In this document: positions 38,552 to 49,072 of the stretch, piece by piece
How positions within the stretch are numbered: position 1 is the stretch's first letter
How the letters are laid out: every line of letters starts with the position of its first letter
Source of the DNA: Macrostomum hystrix
Lineage: Eukaryota > Animalia > Platyhelminthes
Direction: 5' to 3'
Assembly (NCBI GenBank): GCA_950097015.1
Contig: CATNEN010000001.1
Coordinates: 5,208,001-5,272,000, forward strand
Length of the DNA: 64,000 nucleotides
The notes under the pieces: model-generated
What the model was told of the DNA's origin: nothing
The model's input: the letters and a program-made list of their open reading frames with translations, nothing else
Databases searched by the model: none
Program-made: the position numbers and the translations under genes

Positions 38552-40077
38552 GACAGCTAATTTCAGCCTGTCAGGCCGTCTGTTTGAAACCTTCTCCGAC
38601 TTTTCGAAACTTGCCGCTCGTCAAATTCGCTCTGTGAAGCAAACGGTGGATCGGTAATTTATAGCAACGCAGTTATCAAACGCGCAGTTAAGAAGAAAGG
38701 TTGTGTGAATTTTTTTCAAATTCAACTTTAAAGGAAATTTCTGTTGATTTCGGACCGCTCCGGTGCTCGATTGGTGTCTAGTTGCGCGGCCCTTACTTGC
38801 CTGCGTTCTATAGGTGAATGGATCGGATGGGTGTGTCAGTGTCAGACCCCAATTTCGATTGCTCGCTATCGAAGCTAACTAGCCGCTAGATTGGGGAAGA
38901 ATGAAGCAATAGTAAAGCGTGCGGATTCCGTTTAACCATTTATTCACCTGCGCTGCCATGCTAGACTCCGCCGCTCTAACCCCCAGACGCACCGCCAGCG
39001 CAGAGGCCCATTTCGCCCATCGAAAGCCTCCAATCCTTCATAGCATTCTAGAGAAATTCAGCTACCATCGGGCGCATCCACATAGAATTGAGTGAGTGTG
39101 CGCTTGTGCGTGTGTGTGTGCGCGCGTGTGTGTGGTTTTAGCCAATATCGGATTCCTCGTTGGTGAAGATAAAGAATGAAGTCAGCAATGGTCTTGGCAC
39201 TCGTGCTTCATGCTAGCCGCCCTTTGCCCCGCAATCTAACCGTCTCCCCTTACCAATCTGGGGGCACTCTGACACCCCTCTCTCTCTTAGCTGCTCGGCC
39301 TCGAATGGAATGCGGACTACATGCCAAGGTGCGCCGAACTTAATGCCGGGGGGAGGGCCGCCAAAGTTCCATCGTCGGTTCCTCCGACCGGACTAACAAA
39401 AGGTTAGAGACGCATTGGCGCTGGGCTGCATACTTTGGGTTCTATGTTGTTGGTTCATATACTACTTTGTTTTAGTAACCAAACTTGAGGAACAATAAAA
39501 TAATGTAAGCGATTTCTTAGCTGTTCATTTCAGAACGACCAGCAAATATTTTCTGCGCGTCGCTTGTTTTTCTTCGTCTGGACAGAAGTCCAGCGAAATG
39601 ATATAGACTGGGGCCCTTTTAGCTTTTGAATCATTTTTACAACTTAATGCTGAAATCGCGTTATACAACTGGGGGAACGAAGAGCGGGATCCGATACGAC
39701 GATAAAAGGGCCTATTTTTTACGACTACGATTGGTAATGGAGACAAAGGACGGTTCTACCGCCCAAGACTTTGAAGGAAAGGAAAGCATCTCATTGCGTT
39801 GCTAAAGTGCGGTTAGGGACTTATGTTTTGCCGCCCGTCGCCATTTTCCTCGCTGAAATCTAGCAAAAGCGAATTGATCGAAAGTCGTGGAACTATGAAA
39901 AGGTCAACTTGTTTAGAGGAAGGTGTTGCGTAAAAAGTTCCCGGCAGTTGTTACTTCTGGTTGCTGCAGCAAGGCTGCTCGCAATACCAAAACTAGGAAG
40001 CAGCAACAAAAGAGAAAGCAAAATAAAAAAAATCGAAATGAAAGTAATCTAGTAGTTTTTTACAGAACAAGCACTAC

Positions 40078-40272
40078 TTTCTTTACTATTGAACTTTTCG
40101 TTTCCTCCGGTTTTAATTCAGGAATACCTAGCCTAACCTGGCCTTTAATTCTGGTTGGATTTGATTCCGAAAAATCTAGAAATCAGTTAGGCACTCCTGA
40201 ATTAAAGGCTAGGTTAGGCTAGGTATTCCTGAATTAAAACCGGAGGAAACGAAAAGTTCAATAGTAAAGAAA
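40078..40272. mobile_element. MITE-like foldback element with 74-bp inverted arms
   Basis: 40078-40151 is the reverse complement of 40199-40272 with one mismatch, around a 47-bp spacer. No TSD recognised. Confidence 0.8.
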
Positions 40273-41984
40273 TCTAACGTGTGCTTTGTTTTCAACACCT
40301 GAAAATTTTAAAGTACGATTTCGAGATGTGCATTAAGTAGCGAGGGAAAGAAACCTTTGTTTAATTACGAGCTTACTATAAAAATCAATTGATTTTTTAA
40401 TAATGGCACAAGCCCATGTTTTGTAGATTGAACTCACCAAAAATTGGTTGAACTCTGTCTCTTTGTCTATTTGTCCGTCCGTCTGTGTTTTGTTTTATAA
40501 AAGCACAAAATTCACAGGTGTGAAAAATGTCAAGAAGAGACTAATTAAAGTGTCATCTTCTTGCACTGAAAGCCGAGTAACTTTTGTAGGAAAACAAAAA
40601 ACTGCCGAGAAATGTGCTTGTTTTTTGAAAATTCAGACAAGCCTCTGACGAGAAGTTCTCTTCTCAAAATAATTTTTCTCCGCTCTCTTGGCCTCTCTCT
40701 CCCTCGTCCTCTCCCTCGACCTCCTCTCGATGCTCTGTCGTGTGCTATTTAGTTGTCTGTCAACACTTGGTAGGTCCTAGAAGACAGTGTTACAAATTGA
40801 GATTGAATGTCTCCTTCAGACACAAGGAAGAGGATCGAGAGAGCGATAGAGAGAGAGAGTGAGAGAGAGTCGGGAAAGAGAGAGCGAAGATCAAAGCGTA
40901 TTAGGTGCGAAAATTTCTGAAAATTGTCTGGCACTGGAGAAATAGGCAGGCCTTACTCGCGGCGTTGTCAGGGAAGCTCCTCTTAGCGCTAGTCAGATAA
41001 GAAGAGCGGAAGAACAGGAGAGGGGGTTGCGGCGGCGGCGGCTGCGGTTGCGGAAATTCCCGAATAGGAGGGGGGATGAAAAGGAGCCGCGTCTGCACCC
41101 CGCCTAGTGGTGCCTGCTTGGAGGTTGGCGACCGGGATTAAACTGTCGAGGCAACTTGCCGTTGGAGGAGTGTTTGGCAGAATTTGTCCGACCATAGGCC
41201 ACTAAAGCTAGGGAGGGTTGAAAGAATTGGATTCGGGACTGATGGCTAGAGTTCAAGCATTTCTGTGATAAATAAGTAGAGAGAGAAAAAATCGTCGAGA
41301 TAGATTGGAAATTTTCGGACGGGCCCTCTGCCCAGTAGCTGGTTGGTGGTATCGAAGGGCCCACGACCACTCGAAAGCTTCAGAAGGTGCGGAGGTGGAT
41401 GTGTGAGGCCTTCGTCGCCCCCTCCCCAATGGAAGAAAGTTACACCTTCAGGTTTCCTTCGCTGCGTCTTGTCCTTCCACTCGCTGCCTGCTTTGTCACT
41501 GGCACGATAACCCTATTCCACCGACAAAAGCGGCAGCAGCAGCGAGTGGTCGAAGCGCCCCATGGGGAGAAGGGAAATCGGTGAAACAAGATTTAGAGCC
41601 ATATTTCTGCACCGCTTTTCTGAAACATGGTCCCCCCATCTCCCGGTAAAAGGCTTAACATAACAGCGTAAATCACCTCGCTTATGCCGCATAATTTTGC
41701 ATTCCCCATACTTACGAGGAAGTACGATCTAGTAGAAAAAAATAAAAAAAAGATTTCTTCCGCCATTGAACCTGCCGATATCCCCTGATCTTTGCGCGAA
41801 ACTTATCTGCTTGGAATAGGAAGCGGTCAGCGGCTGTATTTGTAGAGGCTGTAGCCAAGCACTTGTTGACAAGCCAGACTAACAAGGAGGTATCGCGCAT
41901 CAGAATTTTAGGGTAGTCAATAAACTAATCCAAAGATAGATGGCCTGCCACCTGCACTGCCTGTGTTGGCTTTGTAGCGCGGCG

Positions 41985-42173
<189 letters not shown>

Positions 42174-42871
42174 AAGATGTCAGAGACCACACTGCGAGAA
42201 GGCACCCAAGCAAGCGAAGCAACAAAGTTCAAAGAGAATAATGACCCATTGCGCGAGCCAGCCAGTTCAGAAGAACCGCCAGTGCAGAGCGGGTGGAAGG
42301 TTCTGCATGGTGGAAGAACTGTCAAATGCTAATTAGTTTTCCCTTTTGGGGTAAAAAAATTCTACAATGCAATGAACTCCTTTAAACTCTGCGAAGCGAT
42401 CTGCAAACACGAGTTTTTTCTGGTCTTCTTCAGCAGAGCTGCCAAATTTCGCGTACCACAACACTATTCACTTTTCCTCTGCTTGGCGCTTGTCAACGCA
42501 TCGCTCCGCTGCGCTTTTGGGACGTTGTTTAGTTTTTTTTACAACTCCCAATAAGTTATCCTTTAACTGCTTAGAAAAGCAGTGCACTTAGCAATTCCGG
42601 CACAAGCAGTCACATTGCCTCTAATTTCTTAATGAGGTACTCGTTACTCGTTTGCGTTGAAGCTATTCGATCTGGAACTGTATGTTCAGACGCGATACGT
42701 AGAGTGAATTCTATCGCTAAAATGAAAAGGCAACTTATTTTATTTTTTTCAATACATATAGGCCACAAAAACCTTATGATTATAGGCAGCAATAATGCCA
42801 TATTGTTCTACTTGGAATTTTCACGTAGCTCTCACATTTTTATCTTATGATCCAATTCACTCATACCTACA

Positions 42872-44692
42872 TATCTGAACTCTCATCAATATTTCTGACT
42901 CACTGATCTATCTGACTCTCACTGATCTATCTGACTCTCGCTGATCTATCTGACTCTCACTGATCTATCTGACTCTCGCTGATCTATCTGACTCTCACTG
43001 ATCTATCTGACTCTCGCTGATCTATCTGACTCTCATCAATATTTCTGACTCACTGATCTATCTGACTCTCGCTGATCTATCTGACTCTCACTGATCTATC
43101 TGACTCTCATCAATATTTCTGACTCACTGATCTTTCTGACTCTCATCAATATTTCTGACTCACTGATCTATCTGACTCTTGCTGATCTATCTGACTCTCA
43201 TCAATATTTCTGACTCACTGATCTATCTGACTCTCGCTGATCTATCTGACTCTCATCAATATTTCTGACTCACTGATCTATCTGACTCTCATCAATATTT
43301 CTGACTCACTGATCTATCTGACTCTCACTGATCTATCTGACTCTCGCTGATCTATCTGACTCTCATCAATATTTCTGACTCACTGATCTATCTGACTCTC
43401 ACTGATCTATCTGACTCTCACTGATCTATCTGACTCTTATCAATATTTCTGACTCACTGATCTATCTGACTCTTGCTGATCTATCTGACTCTCATCAATA
43501 TTTCTGACTCACTGATCTATCTGACTCTTGCTGATCTATCTGACTCTCGCTGATCTATCTGACTCTCGCTGATCTATCTGACTTTCGCTGATCTATCTGA
43601 CTCTCATCAATATTTCAGACTCACTGATCTATCTGACTCTCGCTGATCTATCTGACTCTCATCAATATTTCTGACTCTCGCTGATCTATCTGACTCTCGC
43701 TGATCTATCTGACTCTCGCTGATCTATCTGACTCTCATCAATATTTCTGACTCACTGATCTATCTGACTCTCACTGATCTATCTGACTCTCGCTGATCTA
43801 TCTGACTCTCATCAATATTTCTGACTCACTGATCTATCTGACTCTCACTGATCTATCTGACTCTTATCAATATTTCTGACTCACTGATCTATCTGACTCT
43901 CGCTGATCTATCTGACTCTCATCAATATTTCTGACTCTCGCTGATCTATCTGACTCTCGCTGATCTATCTGACTCTCGCTGATCTATCTGACTCTCATCA
44001 ATATTTCTGACTCACTGATCTATCTGACTCTCACTGATCTATCTGACTCTCGCTGATCTATCTGACTCTCATCAATATTTCTGACTCACTGATCTATCTG
44101 ACTCTCGCTGATCTATCTGACTCTCATCAATATTTCTGACTCACTGATCTATCTGACTCTCGCTGATCTATCTGACTCTCACTGATCTATCTGACTCTCA
44201 TCAATATTTCTGACTCACTGATCTATCTGACTCTCATCAATATTTCTGACTCACTGATCTATCTGACTCTCACTGATCTATCTGACTCTCGCTGATCTAT
44301 CTGACTCTCATCAATATTTCTGACTCACTGATCTATCTGACTCTCATCAATATTTCTGACTCACTGATCTATCTGACTCTCACTGATCTATCTGACTCTC
44401 GCTGATCTATCTGACTCTCGCTGATCTATCTGACTCTCACTGATCTATCTGACTCTCGCTGATCTATCTGACTCTCGCTGATCTATCTGACTCTCGCTGA
44501 TCTATCTGACTCTCACTGATCTATCTGACTCTCGCTGATCTATCTGACTCTCACTGATCTATCTGACTCTCGCTGATCTATCTGACTCTCGCTGATCTAT
44601 CTGACTCTCGCTGATCTATCTGACTCTCGCTGATCTATCTGACTCTCCCTGATCTATCTGACTCTCGCTGATCTATCTGACTCTCGCTGATC
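42872..44692. repeat. 1.8-kb satellite of two related monomers (ctgatctatctgactctcR, 19 bp; tcaatatttctgactca, 17 bp)
   Basis: Interspersed A and B monomers are visible across the array, which becomes A-only at the 3' end. Confidence 0.97.
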
Positions 44693-45009
44693 GATATCTT
44701 TACGTCTCTATTTCCTTTTTAGTCATATTCTTACACAGTACATTTATATAAATCAAGAGCAGTGTTTCGTAAGTTCTTTCTACTTATAGTAATACCTAAG
44801 ACACTTTTTATATTCACAAGATCTCTAGCGCTAGATTTGCAATTTTTCTGACAGAGTCATGATATGAAGCTAGCTCGTACATAGCTATTTCGTTGCGGAC
44901 ATCAAACTACTAGCGAAGATTACTGCAGCGGAATGATTATTTGTCTAAAAAATTGTTTTAATTACAAGGTCAAGTAATTTTTTCAGACTTGAAATTCAAT
45001 GTTTAGGAT

Positions 45010-46008
45010 AGCTCTTGCATCCCATTGGGTCCTGTAGCAGTTAATTTAATCCAAGATCTGCCTGCTAGACAATTTTAGCTTTAGTCCATGGTCACAAGGA
45101 TGCCATGGCGGCATTTAATTTGGTCCAAGAAGCATCAATTTGGTCCATAGAGTTTTCTTAGTTGCCCTCTTAGATTTAAATTTAGGCATTACTGACACGA
45201 GTAGTGCGGATGGAAGCAATTCCTCATTTGCAACTGCCGCGGAAGAGCCAGATCATTGCAAGGTTGCTGAATGTTAAAGACAAGACTGTTTACAGCATCC
45301 GTCTGCACGTTGAAACCACGGGCAGAAGAAATCGTCTGCGAAGGGGTGGCAATCGCCAGAGCAAGTTGCTTGAGCGTCAGGTCCAACTGCTACTCAATGA
45401 AATCGAGAGAAACCCTCTGTTGACGTTGCAGCAACTGTAGCAGAAATTGAACGAACAGTTCCAGTTGGTTGTCAGCATCTTGACAATCAGCAGATCTTTG
45501 GAAAAGCAGTTGATAACACTAAAAGTTCTTGGTAGAGACGCTGATATTCAAACGGTACGCAACAGCCTGCAGACGGTTACAAGAAGGCATGAGTTTGCTG
45601 AATGGCTGAAGGGTCTTGACCCCGGAGTTCATCCAATTCATCTGGACGAAACTGGATTCAACATATGGACTCGAAGAAGGCAGGGTCGTGGTCGTCGAGG
45701 TCAGCGCGTACGGCGGGCGCACTGTTCATTCTCAGCGAGGTCATCAAGTGAATTTACTGCAAGCAATTTCACCCACAATTGGACTTGTCTACCTTGGCAT
45801 TGGAATTTGTTAAATAAATTGCATTGCTCAGCCTTCAGCTCTTGCTCAGGCTTGCACATCTGCTATGGACCAAATTGATGCTTCTTGGGCAAAATTAAAT
45901 GCCGCTATGGCATCCTTGTGACCATAGACTAAAGCTGAAATACTCGGGCAGGCAGATCTGGATTAAATAAATTACTTGTAAGACTAAATGGGCTGCAAAA
46001 AAAGCTAT
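45010..46008 (+). mobile_element. Decayed, internally deleted IS630/Tc1/mariner DNA transposon
   Basis: Long imperfect TIRs (~45010-45150 vs ~45862-46008) with TA at both ends. The transposase remnant has an HTH (IARLLNVKDKTVYSI), RGGNR, NPLLTLQQL and the first catalytic Asp in HLDETGF. There is an in-frame stop at 45438 and a frameshift near 45715, and the rest of the DDE domain is missing. Confidence 0.85.
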
Positions 46009-46100
46009 ATTTAGCGCAAAAGTGATAAAAATTTACGAAACACATATATATATATACAAGGCTAATCCCAGGTATCACAAAAGGTGATAGATAATGCCTG

Positions 46101-46425
46101 ATGAGGAGGAAGCGGCAGAGCGGTTAACGCGTTTGCCTCTTGCACCAAGGTTCCTGAGCTCGATTATTGAGCTCGATTCCTTGGCGAGGCCACATTCATT
46201 TGGTGCGCAGCCGCGGAGAGAAGGCTTGGGGGGGCTTTAGTGCAATTTGCACCCTTGAGGGCCAACCTCCAAGCCCAAGGCACAGTGAAATTGTGCACTG
46301 CCTGACGATGAGAAAGATAGGGCAGATGTACACGCCTGTCTGAGTGTGTGCCTGCATTTGGTCACAAAATGATGTGTCACAAAATGATGTGCCATTGCCC
46401 ACAGACCTCTTGCAGTTATTATTTA
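46101..46425 (+). mobile_element. SINE family A copy with internal deletion
   Basis: Head gcggcagagcggttaacgcg, duplicated gagctcgatt, family core and tail. Confidence 0.85.
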
Positions 46426-47649
46426 TATTTAATGCTAGATGATGTACGACAAAGAACAATATATTTTATAAAGTTCACTTCCATCAGCCAATAAAAAACT
46501 CCATTCGAACTCAGAATGTCAAAGCCTTTAAGTTTCGCTGCAAACGAACTGAACCGTTGTTGAACCACTGACTCTGGCGCATTCATTCCATTACCTTTTT
46601 TGGTAACAACCGCATGTACTCTCCAGCCAGAAGGTCTCTGTACAACCGCTGCAAACTGCATGGCTCCAGCTCCATGTCTCATTTTGCACCCTTATGCCTC
46701 TCTACCGTTTCTGTGTCCCAGCCTATCCCTCCTCCTAAATACTCCCCTCCGTCTATTTAATTTGTGTGAGTGCGCGCATGTGTGTGCGCGTGTGCGTCTG
46801 TACACGTTTGGTCCTGGACGGATAACAGCTAGGCAAGAGGAGGATAGAAGGATACAAGCCTTTCTTGTCCAACCTCTTCCACGCGATACAAACGTGAGGC
46901 GCATGCTTGTTCTCACCCAAGTCCTGCTGGCTTGGTCGGCCCCCCCTGGCCCGGGGGCGGAGGGGTGGCTGGTCAGATTGTTTGGCTGTGGGGTGGCTGC
47001 CGTGGAGGTCAGTGTCAGGGTGGTGGGACTCGCCGGATAGTTAGTCGCAGCACGTGAGAGCGCACGCACCAAAATATTATTGTGAAGATTTTGGTGTACA
47101 CATACACTAACGCGAATGCCCGCATGACTGTACACTGGAGTCCCTTCCTCATTTTTCTCTCTCTCTAGCGTCACTGTCGCTTTCTTACCCGGGGCTCACT
47201 CCGCCCTACAACCCCCTGCTGCTGACGTGTGTTCACAGTATGCGCACAGCGTCTTGCGCTCTCTCTCAGCCCCCATCCGCTCCATTTTAGTAACCCCAGT
47301 AACCGACAGACATTGTGCATGGCTGCATGCACCTTCTCTTTTCTTTCCCTCTTTTATCTTCGTCTTCTTTTATTTCAAACCAGATTCCGCTGTCAAGCCC
47401 GAAGAACGGCTGCACCCCTCTGGCCTGAAACGGGTATTACACTCTAGCACCGAAATTCTGGATTTTATTTCAGATTCTCAGTCTTAAGCGAAAGACAATG
47501 AGAAAGCTAACAAGGTGGAAGAGTGTATTTAGTGTCTAAATGACAGTTTCTAGGCAGAATTGTCTTTACAATACCAAAAAACTTGTAGGATTCAATGCAA
47601 ATTCGAAAATTTAGAAACAATTAAAGGTATGACCTCCCAGTTGCCCTAC

Positions 47650-49060
47650 AATGACCATGATCAGCCTCCGACGTAGTCAGTCAGCGTCACTGTACGCGCT
47701 GTGGCCCTTAACTCTCTCTTTCTCTTTCTGTTTTCTTCCTACCCGCATTAGCTGTGTCTCGCCTATCCTCACCCGCAACTCCCTGAAACACATCCGTCGA
47801 AGCCTCCGCGGCGCACCGCCCTCAGAGCCCTGCCCCCCGACCCCAGGAGTCCAGAGGACAGTTTGGGGGTGGGCGTTGGGCCAAACGGACACAAGTCTGC
47901 GCTCGACGCAAAAGGAAGGAAGTTCAGCGCGCTGTGCCGCGCAATGCATGCAGATAGACTGTACTTTGCTCGGATCAGAAAGCAGCGGCGTGCGTTTTTC
48001 TCTCCATTTGAACGCAGCCAGCCAGATTCAAGGCCAGGGACAAACGCGAGCCCCGCGGAGCCCAAGCCTGTTTCGTGTTCTTCGTGTACGCGCGCTAATA
48101 CAAAAGCTGCATCAGCGGGGCTCAGATAGGGTGGGGAGGGTTAGAGGCAGCCAGCCCATTAGCGCTCCTCAAGGCCTCTCCTTTACCGGCTTGGAAGATT
48201 GGTGGGGTGGGGTCAGGCCAACCAACTGCCTTTTTATAAGTTTATTACTCTGGGTGCGTATGCGCGCACACAGTCCGTGCCAATGCCTTCCACTAACACC
48301 GTTCCGCGCAAGGGGGCCAACCAACCCAATATCGTGCTCTCCTCTCTCTCCTTTTCTCTCGCCGACCCCAACCCACCCCCGCCTGCACCACAGGCCAAGC
48401 CTGCAGCCGCCCTCACTGTTTCCCCCGCAAGTCATGCCCAAAATTTGCAGCAAACTTCACTCTCCCCCCTCCGCTGTCCGGCCTAAAAAAGGCATTGCTC
48501 ACCAACCCCCTTGCGCACATGCGCGCCAAGTCAGTCACAACAGCTTGTGTGTGTGATCGAGTGAGCGGGCCTTGTTCTAAAGGGTGCCTTCTCCCTCTCA
48601 GTTTGCGCCCCCTCACAGGCGTACCAAACAACTACCCAAGCCCTCCCTCTGTCTCTCTACCTTCCTCTCCCCAGAACTCCGCCTGTGTCCTCTCCCTCCC
48701 CTCTCCGGCTGTCGCTGCCCCCACCCAGCCGCACACGCACGCGCCCACCTTCTCCTCCTTCAAGCTGGTCGCCGCCCTCAAAGCCTGTCTCTCCTCCACC
48801 GTCCCCTTTCCAAAGTCGAGCTCCACTCTTCCAAACTATATCCCTCTTTAAAAAGGCGACTGCACCCTCAGCTCTGGCGCGCACCAAGAGGGAGAGACCG
48901 GCGCAGAGTTTGACATGCCCCTGAAGAATTTGTGAAGGCAAGAAAAGTTGCTGCACAACTGGAAGGATCTCGCATCGCCTCAGCACCCATGCTCCGATAT
49001 TTTTGAAAGTTTGTCGACTACCAAACTTACCTTCTTCTGATTTCAACTGACGTCGTTCAA
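47650..49060. promoter_or_regulatory. GC/CpG-rich region upstream of TET (probable promoter / 5' UTR)
   Basis: Markedly higher GC and CpG content than the flanks, with CT-rich tracts and no credible protein, immediately 5' of the TET ATG. Function is inferred only from position. Confidence 0.4.
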
Positions 49061-49072
49061 AATCAGCAAAAA

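Noticed and set aside
47651-48924. 301-aa ORF and overlapping ORFs upstream of TET, considered as a CXXC-bearing exon
   Set aside because: No CXXC or other domain pattern is present. Open frames are expected by chance in GC-rich sequence.
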